NCBI RefSeq assembly: GCF_964355755.1
Contig: NC_092672.1
Coordinates: forward strand, 12,834,001 to 12,898,000
Direction of reading: 5' to 3'
Origin: Antedon mediterranea
Lineage: Eukaryota > Animalia > Echinodermata
Length of the DNA stretch: 64,000 nt
Each line of letters begins with the position of its first letter. The first letter of the stretch is position 1. Of this stretch, positions 24,213 through 38,782 are shown piece after piece. Made by a program: the position numbers and the translations under genes. A model generated the notes under the pieces. The model saw nothing but the letters and a program-made list of their open reading frames with translations, did no database searches and was not told the DNA's origin.

Positions 24213-24927
24213 GTAGATGAAGAGGATATTGACAGCGATTCATCCCGCAGTAGGTCCCCAATTTTAAACAAACTTGGTGCTAGAGGAGGACGTGTTGCCA
24301 GAGGGGGACGTATTGCAAGAGGCGTATACAATGCAAGAGGTAGAGGTGATGGCAGATTAGGACGCGTTGCCAGAAGGGGGACGCGATGCTAGAGGTGGAC
24401 GTGGTGGCAGAGGAGGACATGTTGCAAGAGGGACAGGATGCCAGAGATGGACGAGGTGGCAGAGGAGGGCATGTTGCAAGAGGGGTACGTAATGTTAGAG
24501 ATGGACGTGGTGCCATAGGTGGACGTGGCGGAAGAGGAGGACACGATGCAGGAGTGGGACATGTTGGAAGAGGGGAACGTGGTAGACAAAGAGGACGCGG
24601 TGGGCGAGGAGGACGCGGTGGGCGAGGAGGACGCGGTGGGCGAGGAGGACGTGGTGGGCGAGGAGGACGTGGTGGGCGAGGAGTACGTGGTGGGCGAGGA
24701 GGACGTGGTGCCATGGATAGACAAGATGTGATTGGGAATCAACATCAAGATGGTGATTGGGAAGCTAACAACTGGCAACCATTATATATCCCGTTCACTT
24801 CTGTACCAGGGTAAACGGATTCTGTAAACATAGAAAGTGATGAGCCAATCAAATTTTTTGAACTTTTCTTGACAGATGAATTTGTCCTGAAACTAGTAGA
24901 TCAGACCAATCTGTACGCTGATCAAGG
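24213..24927 (+). pseudogene. piggyBac (PGBD-like) transposase N-terminal fragment preceded by a long RGG/GAR repeat
   Basis: After the GRGGRG repeats: WQPLYIPFTSVPG*TDSVNIESDEPIKFFELFLTDEFVLKLVDQTNLYADQ. FFxLF...TNxYA marks the start of the piggyBac DDE_Tnp_1_7 region. In-frame TAA at 24812. Confidence 0.75.
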
Positions 24928-25083
24928 CATGGAAACCAGTTACTGTCCAAGATATACCGAGATACAGTGTCATATGCCTTGTAAGGTCAAATGTCAAATT
25001 TAACCACTTTCCCCATCCCCTGATGTCTGGAGGATATGTGATATGAATCTGCAAAAAAACCTTTGTTAATATTTTTTTCACAG

Positions 25084-27288
25084 AAAAATCAAGATATTCC
25101 CTAACTAAAGTGGAAAGCAATTCAGATGATGAAGAAATTGGAAAACGCATGACAACTGCGCCTAAACGCTTCATAGAAACAGAGAGTGAGGGGTGAGTAT
25201 CAGTCATAATAACATCTTTCTCAAGTTTTGGTTTGGTTTGTGCAAAGTCAGTGTGAATGTCTAAATGGATATTTCAAAGTGTATGAACTTGTTTCAAATA
25301 TATATTTTATAACATCTATGTGTGTTTGTTATTTTCAGATGATTTTTCAAACGATGGAGTCCAGGTTGTTCGAAAAAACAGGCCAAGAGGACTCTAATGA
25401 GCACGCCCGTTCTTCCAAGGCCACCAGAGTTTTGTAAGTTCTATTCGACGTCTATGAATGAAAACATTTATGGTAATCTCTTATCCCTATGCTTACAATA
25501 TAGGACATTTTATTCTTTTTAAAATGAAGACAACCAACCTACCAACTATTATTTAAAATATTATGTTTAATTTTGTAGCTTTTAGGAGACAACACAGAGA
25601 AGCACATACGAGTACAGAAGTGTCTTCACCTCCAACTTCTCCTCATTCAAGGACATCACAGTCCTACAAATCGATTTTCTCTAGGAATGAAAACACTGAT
25701 GACAGTAAGTGTATTTTAATATCTGTGTGTTTAATATTTTCAACGTGCGAGTTTTTGGAGCTGATGGACAGAAAGAGCACCAGACGGAGGGGAGTAGCAT
25801 GGTAGTATATCTACTAAAATCACCAGCGCATTTGGCTTTTCTGCATTATCCGCATATAAATGTGAAACTATTAAAACGATTATTACAGTATTAATAATAC
25901 CTAACCATACTATAAATTATGCTTGTCACAAAGGAAATCAATGCAAATAGAATTTAAAAATTAAACCAACGTGTAAACTTCTAACAAAATACATTATACT
26001 GTACATTCTGTTTTGTTTTATTTTTTTAGGTTTTAAAATCAATGTCTTGATGAAACTGGACACTATAATAAAAAATCAGAATGAACAGCTTCAAATAATA
26101 AAGAATCAAGCAATTCAAAAAGGTGCATTAGAAGATGCAGAAATTGAAGATGTTGTGCCTCAACCACTAGAAAGCAAAGAAGAATTGTACTCACTTGATG
26201 AAAAATTGAAAGATGCGGCATTTAGGAAGAACATGGTAAATCTTAAAAATTCTATTTGTACCGTATGTTATAGTGTAAATTTATTTCCTACAGTGATCCC
26301 ATTATATACTCATATTGAGGTTATAGAAATACAAGGTCGCGAACAAGCAGGAATACGGTTTAAAACAAATGTATTGTAACAGAGTTTTTACAATTACTAT
26401 AAACATTCAAACTATCTAGATTAAAATCATTATATAACCGTGTTTTCTATTTAAAGTAATGTAATGTTTTTATTTTTTCTCTTTAGATCAAGTATTTTAG
26501 CATAATTGGGGGGTCAACTGTCAAAGACACAGTTAGAATTCTGCTAAGAAAAATAGGTTCCAATAAGTTAGGGTCCGAATTTAGTATGTACGGACGAAAA
26601 GGGAAGGACAGTTTTAAAAAAAGACATATGTGCCGAGTAATTATAAGTAAGTACCATTGTTTAGGTATAATTAAACCTATATCTGTCAAGAATGAAGCGA
26701 GGTCGGCTCCTAGCGCAGTCGTCTCTCTTATTACTGTCCAGTTCACAACCAGAATGACCCCACCTGAAACAAGTCTAAGGGAGGGCCATGGCCGAATACT
26801 ACCTACTAAAACTGCAGATTATTTTAATAACATTTATTTTAATTACTTTTACAAATTAATATAGGAACCTGTCTTGTCGTCCATCAGAAAGCTAAAGAGA
26901 AACAAATCGAGAAGGAAATCGGAACTATTTTAAAATATGCTCCACATCGACCAGGTGGATCAAAGTGGAAGGTAAAAATGGTAAACAATGAATTTAAAAA
27001 TGTATCTTTTCCCTTTAATATTTATCTAAATCTAAAATCAGCAAAAAGAGCCAAATTAATTTTGCATGGGGCGTCCACAACCATTTTTGTATATGACGTC
27101 ATTGTCATGAAAACGCGATTAAATCGTAGTATTAACAATTTTGTCGTTTTACCGTGATTATGACATTACTTGATTTGCAAAAATATTTTTGTGTCATTTT
27201 TAAGATAATTTTTATTAACTCAACAGGATGTTACTACAGACACAAGTACATCACCCACTCATGATGACGAAGAAGAGGAAGCATTTTA
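25084..27288 (+). CDS. Multi-exon DUF4806-like gene, 5' end missing (exons about 25084-25192, 25339-25433, 25579-25705, 26030-26235, 26487-26646, 26865-26971, 27227-27288)
   Basis: GT-AG exons encode ...IGGSTVKDTVR...FSMYGRKGKDSF...IEKEIGTILKYAPHRPGG, the motif pattern of DUF4806 proteins that often accompany animal CMC transposons. Confidence 0.65.
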
Positions 27289-27546
27289 ATGAATTTATGT
27301 ACTTTTAGATATTATATTTTTATAAGAATCTCTTAAATTTTACTTTGTACGTTCTTTGCAGAATTTTTAAGCCGTTGGCTGCCTTCTGTTTGTACTATTT
27401 ATGTGTTTTTTTTATGAATAAATACCTGAATATAAGATGAGCAAATCATGTAGGGTTAGAGAGGATTACAATAATTATAGACACAGCCGTATTCATAAAA
27501 GAAAGTTTGAACCTTTTCAGAACCTATTTATGAATGAAATAGTCTA
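25488..27546. repeat. Segment duplicated on the other side of the CMC element (copy 2 from 56508 to the window end)
   Basis: 25488-26361 matches 56508-57385; 26360-26740 matches 63512-64000. Extent beyond 26740 cannot be seen. Confidence 0.9.
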
Positions 27547-27713
27547 CACTGTTAAAAATAACTGTAAATTCACAGTTAGAATTTACGGTATTTACTGTTA
27601 TTCCACAGTTTGTAAGTAAAAATATGGTGAATGACCGTCAAAATAAGTTTTACTGTATAATGTCCGTTATTTAACGAGAAATTGGACAATGATCTGTGAT
27701 TTAACATACAAAT

Positions 27714-28717
27714 CTGTCAATTTACAGTAATTCTGTAAATTAACATGTGAAAATAAACATCTTTTTCTGTTTATTTACAGTTACTACTTATATTACGGTA
27801 ATATCTGTATATTTATGTATTAATATTATACTAACTGTCAATTTACAGTAATTGTACAACTTACTGTAAATTAACATGTTAAAATAAACATCTTTTTTCT
27901 GTTTATTTACAGTTACTACTTATAATACGGTAATACCTGTATATTTATGTATTAATATTATACTAACTGTCAATTTACAGTAATTTTACAACTTACTGTA
28001 AATTAACATGTTAAAATAAACGTATTTTTCTGTTTATTTACATTCTACTTATTTATACGGTAATACCTGTATATTTAAGTCTTAATATTATAACTAACTG
28101 TCAATTTACAGTAATTGTACAACTTACTGCAAATTAACATGTTAAAATAAACATATTTTTCTGTTTATTTACATTCTACTTATTTATACGGTAGTACCTG
28201 TATATTTAAGTCTTAATATTATAACTAACTGTCAATTTACAGTAATTTTACAACTTACTGTAAATTAACATGTTAAAATAAACGTCTTTTTCTGTTTATT
28301 TACAGTCTACTTATTTATACGGTAATACCTGTATATTTAAGTCTTAATATTATAACTAACTGTCAATTTACAGTAACTGTACAACTTACTGTAAATTAAC
28401 ATGTTAAAATAAACGTATTTTTCTGTTTATTTACATTCTACTTATTTACACGGTAATAACTGTATATGTAAGTCTTAATATTATAACTAACTGTCAATTT
28501 ACAGTAATTGTACAACTTACTGTAAATTAACATGTTAAAATAAACGCATTTTTCTGATTATTTACAGTCTACTTATTTACACGGTAATACCTGTATATTT
28601 AAGTCTTAATATTATAACTAACTGTCAATTTACAGTAATTGTACAACTTACTGTAAATTAACATGTTAAAATAAACGTATTTTTCTGTTTATTTACATTC
28701 TACTTATTTACACGGTC
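27714..28717. repeat. Subterminal tandem array, about 131-bp unit x 7-8
   Basis: CTGTCAATTTACAGTAA recurs at about 27714, 27835, 27967, 28098, 28229, 28360, 28491 and 28622. Confidence 0.93.
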
Positions 28718-30961
28718 CTGTATTTAAGTTGTTATATCAGTCTTGCGTAGTAATAGAATTAAAAACAAAGTTCGGTCTTAAATTGCCTAAACAATCGTCT
28801 TGGTCGATCAGGGAAGATTAATTGTTATATAATTTTATAGACATTCCTACCTACCACATTTACATAATGCTTCGAGATAATATTATTATTATTATGGTAT
28901 TGCCTTGCTTTTTTAATTGTGGCTACTCGGCTGGCGTAATAATATTTATCACGATGAAAGAGTAAACTTTCCACCACGAGGAGAGAGCATACGTACCTCG
29001 ACGCGCTCTCGCCAGCTATCCCCCTTTCTCTCTCTCTCTCTCCGCGCGCAACCAGCTTACCACGAGGTTTCACAATTCAGGGAAGTTTGTGTGGTAAGTA
29101 GACTAATAATACATAATATAGGCACAATTTATTATTGTTGAAATACTGCAGTTGCATTATAAAATATATTTATATTATAAACTAGGCCAGGGCCTATACA
29201 TTGACTTCCTAGCCTACTAGTTTAGCTAGGCTAACTAGAACTAACTAAGGCCTAACCTTGCTTTAATAGCTACAGTAGCCTTGGCATATGCCTAGAGTAG
29301 TAGTAGTAGTATTATAGTTATTGTAGACTACTACCTAGCCTATGCTAGGCCCCTAGTAGTAGTAGAGTAGCCCTATGCCTAAGCTAGTACTATTAGGCTA
29401 TTAATACCTAACCTAATACTTGGTAGGAGCCTACCAGTACCATATGCATGCTTATGCCTAGAGGAGGCCTTCTATTTATATATACCTTTTGTACTGTATA
29501 AAACTAAAAGTATAAGTTTATCAAATTTGTTATAATAAATAATAATAATACATTAATAAATAAATAGGCCTAGGCCTATATTTTTAATAATTTATTGGGA
29601 AATTGTAAATAATTACCAAAATAAAATTGTATGTTGACCATGTGTTGACTAACATTTAGGATTTATTAAAACATAGGCCCCCTTTCTGTATTATTGTAAT
29701 AATCATTGAGTGTCACAAAAAAAATAATAAATACCTACATGGAAAGGGGAGCCCAAATAAAATAGCCCTCTATTGTACTGATAATATTTCGTTTTTTAAG
29801 TAAATAATGAAATACCATTATTTACTATATACAATTTTTTTCCTACAAAAATATGTACAAATAATCATATTTCGATCTTCAGCTAAGTGTATTATTTTTT
29901 GTATGCCTAATAATGAAATACCCATAGTATATAGTAAACATATAAAGCCACTTGATTGGCTGAAAACCAAAACCATGCTGTCTTTCTAGTCCATGTACTG
30001 GATACCCCCCTCCCACCCATTGGCATATCTCTTTTTTTTAAATGAAGTAAGGGGTGTAAACAAACATAAATACATTTTGGGCTATTTTTGCCATTTAAAT
30101 AAAATGTATAACCTTAATACTTTAGTTCTATTGGCCTTGATCTTGCCTGGACCTCTCTTAAATTATAGTTTTGGAGACACTTTTCATGGCAAAATCGTAA
30201 TTGTTTTTTTATTCTCATGATCCAATAATAATAATAATAATAATAATTTGATTGGTCAATATTTTAATAAAATACATACATATTCATGAGTAGGTGTCCG
30301 AAAACTGGTACTGTCTGGAAACTTATTTATTGTTAATTTTTAAGACAATCTTAGTAATTTAACTTTATTATTGTATTGTTATGTTATGTTATATTATATC
30401 AATGTTTTACTGGACCCTGTGTGGGAGAACAGTAGTTAACTATTGAACAGGCTCCCCAGTATAAAGAATAAGGAAAAAAATGTGACTGTCTGATCACCAG
30501 GTAGGAGACCTAGCCTAGGAGTAGGGGCCACCTTTTATAGCTAGCCTACCTAGGATATTTTGGTTATTTAGCCTGCCCTTCTACTTCTATACCTAGCCAA
30601 TTTTGTAGGCTACCATTTACCTACCTAGGTCTAGGCAAGCCTAGTAATAGGGCTAGATTTTACTTGTTTATTGTAGGTTAGGCCTAGTAGTACTGCCAAC
30701 TCTCACGCAAGAGGGTCAATTTTTTTAGGTCTCACGCCTAGACTATAACTGCATTTAATAATAATTATAATTGTTTTACTCATTGTTAAACCAATAAAGC
30801 ATGGACAATTTTGTTGTTATCTATAGTATTTTATTAGTACAGTACAAAATATAATTGTTATAAAATTTGTTCTTTTAGGGCTGTGGTGTGACATTTGCAG
30901 TACAGTATTATATTTGTCCAATGGTAATTTACCCACTGCATCCTCCTTTACTGTTAGCAAA

Positions 30962-33660
30962 ATGTTTAGGCCAATTTGTCCTACTTGTACCATTCAATTA
31001 TCATCAATCAAAGAATATGTAAAGCATTCCAGAACTCATATTCACCATAGAAATGCAAGATTTCCTTGTTGTTTTCCAAGGTGTATCAGAACGTTTTACA
31101 CCTACAAAGGGTTGACATCTCATATTTCAAGAGACCACAGTGATATTCACTGTCAGTCACAAGTAGACTATAGAAATATTGGTGTTTATGTTTATTGTAT
31201 GTTTGATTTTTGTCGGTCCAAGTGTTCAGATGTTAAGGACTTAATTTCACATTTGAAGACTCACATAGCAAGTGGGTTGAAAGTGGATTGTCCATTTGAT
31301 CAATGCACAGGAAATTTTGGAAAAAAGTCTTCATTTTCCTCCCACATATCACGTTGTCACATGAATTATAGTGTTTATGATATAATGGCAAAATGTGTTT
31401 CCGATGGTACAACTTCAGCCCAGAGAAATGAACATGACAGTAGTGATGATGGACTTGTTCCTTTTGCTGACACAGACATTGATTATGCTGATTCTGAAAG
31501 TCACTCTATTGATGCAACAGAATACACACAATATATTGCATTGTTCTTAATGAAATTGCAGGGAAAGTACTTGATTCCTGAAACAACTATTCAGGTGATA
31601 GTTAATGAGTTGAATTTTTTACAGCAATGTTCTCTTGATCATATGAAGAAATGTATTAGAGCTACACTTACTAGGATTGGTACTGATATTGGTGTATCTG
31701 ATGAAGTATCCAACAATCTGTTTGATGATATAGTAAAAGGTGTGTCAGACCTGAGTTGTTCTTTGATGCCTTCAGAAGCTACTCAGGTACAATCCCCAGA
31801 ATGTGGTGTTCTTCGATCGAAATATATGAGACAGAAATACTACCAAAAAGAGTTTAGTTATGTAGATCCAGTGGAAATTGTGCTAGGAGAAGAGGAAGGT
31901 TTTAAATACAAATGCCACTATGTCCCCATACTTAAAACCCTAAAAATGTTGTATGATGATAAGTCAGTCCAACAGCATATTGTACCCATTGGAGGAGACA
32001 GAAGAGGTTTTGTTGATGTTCAAGATGGAAAAGTGTTCAAAGATAATATTTTTTTCACAGAAAATCCAACTGCACTGCAAATAATCATTTTTCAAGATGC
32101 ATTTGAAGTGGTTAATCCACTGGCCTCTGCTAGAACCAAGCACAAAGTACTTGGTATGTACTTGACTCTTGGCAACATTGACCCACGATGTAGATCCCAA
32201 ATTGATCCAATGCAATTAGTACTACTTTGCAAGGAAAAGTATATAAATAAGTTTGGAGACGATAAGGTTTTTGCTAGACTAATTGCAGACCTAAAAGTGC
32301 TAGAAAAAAATGGAGTTACACTAGCAAATGGTAATGTTGTCAAAGGTGCTATTGCTGCCATAGTTGGTGATAACTTAGGCTCACATTTTATAGGAGGATT
32401 TTGTGAAAGCTTTAACACAGAATATTACTGTCGTTACTGCAATAAAACAAAGACCCAAATCAGAGAAGGTTTTGCAAATAAGGAACAATGGCAATATCGA
32501 ACCCCTGACTCATATACCAGGGCACTTAATATGTTGGAACAGGAAAATGTCCAGTCATATGAAGGAATAAAAAGAGACTCTGTCTTCAACACACTATCAT
32601 ACTTCCATGTGGCTAACCCTAGCTTACCTCCTTGTTTAGGTCATGACATTTTCGAAGGGGTAGTTGACTATGACATGGCTTTGTACATAAATTATTTCAT
32701 TGGGAAAAAATGGTTCACATATCAACTGCTAAATGAAAAACTAAAAAGATTCAAGTTTGTTGGTAGTGATACTGCAAATATACCAGCTGCTGCAATCTCT
32801 AAGAAGAAAGATAAACTAGGAGGACAAGCTGTTCAGAATTGGTGTTATTTACGTTTTTTCCCCCTATTTGTGTTTGGCTTAATTGATGATACAGAAGACC
32901 TTGTTTGGCAGTTGGTTCTTAAATTGAAAGAGATTGTTGAACTTGTTGTTTCTCCCAATATCGATGCCTCACAAGTAGCCTATTTACGTGTCCTGATTGA
33001 AGAATACATCGATGACAGAAGGGAGTTATTCCCATCAAAACCTCTACGACCGAAACATCACTACCTGAGCCATTACCATTGGCACATATTGATGTTTGGG
33101 CCCCTCATCAGATTGTGGGGCTTGAGGTTTGAGAGTAAGCACTCCTATTTTAAAAGATGTGCTCGCTATGCTCAGAATTTTATCAACATCACATCAACAT
33201 TTGCTGAACGGCACCAATTGTTGCAAGCTTACTGTTTTCATGGACAGCTTTATCCTGATGATGTTATGCCACAAATATTCAGAAGGCTGTACAACATCTT
33301 GACACTAACATAACGCAATGGGTGGTAACCGATAAAGTATGTGTGTTTGGCACCAAGTACAAGAAAGGTCTGCTCATTATTGTGAAAACAAACGCCACTG
33401 ACTGGACATTTGGAAATATACTTCTTGCTTTGGTGTCTAACAAAGAGTCGGTACATTTTGTTGTTAGACTATGCAAATCAACTATACTGCGTGAATATGG
33501 CGTTTATGAAATTTCAAGTATGGACATTAGTTCCAGTGTTGTATGTGTTAAGTACAGTGATCTTCTGGATTATTATCCACTTTCCTCTTACAAAATAGGA
33601 GGTTCATACTTTGTCACTTTGAAAAATAAACCAATGGATCCATGCTACAGTACTGCTTAG
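30962..33660 (+). pseudogene. CMC/EnSpm-type transposase with N-terminal C2H2 fingers; one frameshift at about 33270
   Basis: FQDAFEVVNPL, GDNLGSHFIGGFCESF...CRYC, HDIFEGVV, PKHHYLSHY...FGPL..WGLRFESKH. The C-terminus continues in another frame (ATNIQKAVQ...FGTKYKKG...LLDYYPL). Confidence 0.88.
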
Positions 33661-33859
33661 AAATCCTTTACCACCAACATGCGTTTGTAAAACAAATTAT
33701 CCTAGAAAATGAAATATTTTATTTTGTAATGTAAATGTTCGTTTAAGTTACTTAATATTGATTTGTAAAATTCGGCTACCTATACTACTATCCCCAAAAA
33801 ATAAACAAACTGTGCCACAGATTAGGCATGTCTATTGTATTTTTGCAAAATAGATTGAC

Positions 33860-36800
33860 ATGATGGAAAGTGATGATTCTGATGATTATACTGTGATTTT
33901 GGGAAATTTGGAGACGACCGTGAAGAAGGTTCTACCTAATATAAAAGAGAGGAAACTGCATCAAATTTTAAAAAGATTAAAGGAGCTTGGTGCCGAAACC
34001 CCTGATGACTTACACATTGTACAAGATGATGACTTATTGGGGACATGCTCAACAATTGAAATCCGAAAGCTCACTACATCATGGAAGAAGGGTGATAGCA
34101 CAGGTAAAAGAGCAAGTAAAACTTACTTCTATCATAATTTTGTTTTAATGTGCACCGATATGATGTTTGACAAGCAGAATTATAATGTAATGGGGAACTG
34201 ACCGACAAAGCTTTTATAATAATATATTAATTTGCATACACTTGTTGTAATTCAAATTTTAAAAAGGACCGGGAACATATATTTTCCTAAAGTGTCAATA
34301 TAATAATTGTTATGGTCGACTGACATTTTAATAGGTCGGTCAAACTGCAAACCAGCTACTTATTTTGTTAGTAGGGCTTAAGAAGGCTTGGTATTAGTGC
34401 TACAGAACATTGAACAATTACCTTTGAAAGAGTTGTTCTTAATGGGTTTTTTCCATTTTCATTACAGAAACACAATGCCAGTCTCCAGAGCAACCAAAGA
34501 AAATGTCTAGAGTTTCATCATGGGTATCATCGCTATCGTCTCCAAATTCCTCGTTGTCATCTAATAGAAGTCTGGAAATCTGTGAAACTAAATATGACAT
34601 TCCCTGGCACAAGTTTTCACCAAAATTGATGGAAGCTTTAGAAAACAAAGTACGGCCACAACCAACCTTGCGACGAGAAATGATAAGAATTATTGTAGAT
34701 AATTTAAACCAGCCAGATGTTCCGTTGCCGAGAAAGAAAACTTTGAGTTTTATTGCAGAAAAGATAGTTGCCAAATACCCAGATTCCTTTATTGACAGAA
34801 TAAATGGAACTGTGGTTGGTTCAGGACACGAAAGTCTCCTAACTCAACTGGTATGCAAGGTTGATAATATTAAAAGACCATGTGAACTGAAACGGAAAAG
34901 AACTGCATTAACGGACACGACACCCAAAACTACTGATACTTACGGATGTATAAACTTTATGCCACTTGATTACCCAGAAGGCCAAACAGACAAAACACAA
35001 AATGAAATCAAAACAAATATGCAAGATACATATAAGACCAGCAGTGCAGCACAATCAAATGATATTCAAAAAAGTATGCATTTGACTTTTGTCTCTCAAA
35101 GGCATTCCATTAACAAGAAAGACTTTGTCCTTGCTGATTTCCTGACCGACTGGCCATATATCACTAAAGAAATAAATATGTCGCAGCACTTCGAGCAGCT
35201 TACTGGAGTAAACATTACAAACATGCTTACGGATGCTTTCAGCACTAAGGTACCAAAGTTACTGAGATATATGAAGTCGCTAGATGTTGAGAATATACAA
35301 GATGTAATGAAGAAGATAGAAGAAGCAGTGACCAGAAAAGAAGATAACACTCCCCAGGTTTTGGGAACAATACAAGTTATTTCAAGCTACTTCAATGAAC
35401 CATTTAATAGTTCTGTCATGTGTACAGAGGTGAGTATACAGTATTTCTAAGAGGTTTTAAAAGCATTTCAGAAATGTCTTCCAAAACTAAAAAGAAAGTG
35501 ATCCAGATGAATGTATTCACTAATTTTCAGAAAGAGTTGAAAATTCCTTCCAGTGTTTTATAAGGAATTTGTTTTAATTATCTTTTCTTAAATTGAGTGA
35601 ATATTGACACAATGTATTCGATTGGCACCCTTTTGGTAATACAGTATTCCCATAAAACTGAACTCAATGTTTGCAATTTAACACATGTGTTGATCGTAAA
35701 ATTGCATGCTATTTTCAGCCTACTGTGTATCATTTGACTACAAAAGATGACTAAAACAATATGAAATCTAATTATTATGTTAATTAAAAATTGTTCCAAT
35801 GTTTTATTCTAACAGACGTCTACAAGTTCAACCAGTTCACTGCAATTACCAGACACTCCATGTATTGTTGCTCATGGTAAGTATTTAGTATTAATTTTAT
35901 TTCTATCAACCCCTTTCGGGATAGAGAGCAGCATTAAGCTCAGTCGCGCAAATTGACGGAAGTCACTGTGTGTGCACTAAACTGTGGAGGTTACCTTATG
36001 TCCGGGGTTGTTTTGGCTGGAGGGTACCATCTTTTGAGAGACGACTTTTTAAAAATTCATTACCTTTTTTAAGATAGGTTTTCTTCAGCATATTTGTTAA
36101 GTTTTCTGCTATATTTTATGGCAAAACACCTCTCTTAAAGTTACACATTATAATGGAAAGGCATTTTGATGGCAAAAAGACTTAACTACTGAGATACGTC
36201 AATATGCATGTATTTCATAAAATCAATGTCTTTTTGTATGTGAATGTCATATAATTTACTTTATTTTAGGATGAAATTTAAACAAAATATTAAATAATAA
36301 TGATATACATTTTCAAATAGTCATAAACATAGGCCTATAGATAAAGAGTATTACAAAAAAGGTCATTTTTCTAAAAATGTCAATTTCTGTTGTTTTTAAA
36401 TGATAATTCATTCATGGCAACTTTAAAATTATTTGTAATATAGGCAGCCCACTTGAAGCCGAACAGTTTGAGATTACCATTGGGCAGAAGGTGGTAACAG
36501 AGGTCAAGAACCCCATCTCAGCTGTATGTTGTTGGTTTATGTCATATTATTGTTTCAATTTTGAATATGGAGAGAATGCTGGGGTAATGGAGTTTATTCA
36601 AAGGTAAGATTGTTTCACAAGATGATTCCACATTTATTACATTAACTTCTAAAAGTTGTGTACACTTTTTAGCATTATTTATGTATTGTTTTTACTGTAG
36701 TTAACATACAGGCATTAATCACTTTTGCTAATTTGACTGTTATGTAGACCTAAATTAATTGTCAATTTGTTATTTTTAGAGACATTCATGGTAACTGAAA

Positions 36801-37324
36801 TACGATACAAAAATGAATTGAAAAAACTCAAATTGCTCTCTGTATTATTTTTTCTGGCAAACCTGACACAAGATCTGTTTTTTTTTTTTTTTTTTTTTTG
36901 GCCTTTGTCATCTTCCTTTATTTTTAATAAATATGTTACTATACCTGAAGGAAGTATTACCATTACTTTGACTGATTGATTGGATTAACAATTGCTTGAT
37001 TGATTGAAAAATGTCTGTAGTACAGTACAGAACTAAAAGGTGACCTTTTAGTTCTGTACTGTATGCACCAGGTGTGATGTTAGCTAAAGCATAATCAATC
37101 CAATTTGATACTTAACTCAAACATTGTAAAACTTGTTTTATGATTTATTTCACAAACTTTTTTTTTCTTTTAGATGCTTTGTAGGAATAAATCCCTGCAT
37201 AGGTAGCAAGAGAATGAAGAAAAAAAAGGGCAAGAGTGTACCAATACACCCGAAGGTAATTGCGCTCACTAACAAACTGATGGATTTTGAAAATGAGTGG
37301 AGCCTTACAAGTAATTCTCAGTAA
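33860..37324 (+). CDS. Spliced companion protein of the CMC element, SAMD3-like (exons about 33860-34102, 34469-35430, 35817-35876, 36444-36603, 37174-37324)
   Basis: GT-AG exons; motifs DTYGCINF, TFVSQRHSIN, DWPY and SYYCFNFEY...EFIQRCFVGINP..GSK seen in second ORFs of animal EnSpm elements. Confidence 0.7.
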
Positions 37325-37360
37325 ACGTATGATGTCCACCTTTTTATTGTTGATCATTAT

Positions 37361-38216
37361 GGGTGTCTAGAAAACTCAGATCCAGAAAACTCAGATCTCA
37401 GATATATCTGAGTTTTCTAGATCTAGAAAAGTCAGATATCTGACTTTTCTAGATCTAGAAAACTCAGATATCAAGATCTGAGTTTTCTAGTTCCAAAATG
37501 GAACTAGAAAACCCAATCGTTCTATTATTAATAGAGGGTAGCTTGTTTGAAATACTACAGTATTATACGTTTTCTTACTAATAATAATAATTATTGTAAC
37601 TTGTAGTAGCAGCCTACGACTTATCATTTAGGCCTAGCTAAGCAAACTCAATTCAAGGCTCCATGTGTGGGTGCTATCGCGATGTATATCGCGAAGAGTA
37701 GGCCTGGCCCTACTAGGCTAGAAGTGGTCAACTCGTACCCAAAATAACTTGTACCTATTCCCAAATTGGCTAACTCGTACCTCAACCAACTCGTACCCAC
37801 ACCAACTCGTACATACCTAATTTTTAAGCCTACATTTCAACGGTAAAGTGCACTGTATTTTCTTTATGATTTAAGCCGTGGGCCGCTTCTACATGTTGCA
37901 ATATTAGTAAGAAAACGTAGGCCTACAGTAATCAGTTTTAATAATACTCTAGTATTTCATATGACCTACCTTCTGATTAATAATGGAATGATCCAAATGA
38001 CCTACCAACCAATCATTTGATGATCTGAGTTTTCTAGTTCCATTCTGAAACTAGAAAACTCAGATATTGATATCTGAGTCAGAAAAAAGAAGAGATCTAG
38101 AAAAGTCAGATATCTAAGTTTTCTAGATCTAGAAAAGTCAGATATCTGAGTTGTCTAGATCTAGAAAACTCAGATCTGAGATGTGAGTTTTCTAGATCTA
38201 AGTTTTCTAGACACCC
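37361..38216. mobile_element. Mutator-like (MULE/foldback) MITE, copy 1
   Basis: Long modular TIRs GGGTGTCTAGAAAACT... / ...AGTTTTCTAGACACCC; 9-bp TSD GATCATTAT. Confidence 0.92.
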
Positions 38217-38354
38217 GATCATTATCAATGCTTTTATGTTGCTATTTTTCATTTTTATCTTGCATTCAAATGTGTATGATAGATATCAGTGTATTGCATT
38301 TTAGATTATGTACAAGTTGTACAGTAACAATTATAGCTTTGTCAATTGTTCATT

Positions 38355-38782
38355 TTGTGAGGGTATATTTTTGTTAGTATTGCACCCTCATATTGACCCT
38401 CATCAAATATTACCTTTGAGTACTGGGACCAGATAGTGAGAGTCGAGCCGTCCATATTTTATCGGACATTTTATAATCGTCCTTATTTATCGGATATCTT
38501 ATAACTTTAAACATTAAAAAAAGTATAATAAACTATGAATTATGTTTAATGAAGATAAACAGGCATTGGATGAGTTATGTCGTAAAATTACAGATATTAC
38601 ATCCGCTAGAAGTTGGCATGGATAATGTTACTATTAAATGTACTGTAAGAGAGTGATTACAAAATTGTACTGTCAAAACAAAAATGAGTAAATGGACGGA
38701 GGGCTTGACTCTCAGTACCTGATCCCAGTAGCCAAATGTAATTTTATGAGGGTGCAATACTACCAAAAATATACCCTCACAA
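38355..38782. mobile_element. Degenerate MITE with imperfect inverted repeats of about 90 bp
   Basis: TTGTGAGGGTATATTTTTG.TAGTATTGCACCCTCATA... pairs with ...TATGAGGGTGCAATACTA.CAAAAATATACCCTCACAA. No clear TSD. Confidence 0.7.

Noticed and set aside
24280-24778. Pro/Arg-rich and Ser/Thr-rich minus-strand ORFs
   Set aside because: They are antisense shadows of the RGG repeat.
25563-25894. Short ORFs repeated at 56583-56914
   Set aside because: They are exon-plus-intron read-through of the spliced DUF4806-like gene; the identity reflects the duplication.
27714-28717. 131-bp array as a possible CRISPR or ncRNA cluster
   Set aside because: The whole unit repeats with no spacers, and it lies next to a CMC TIR.
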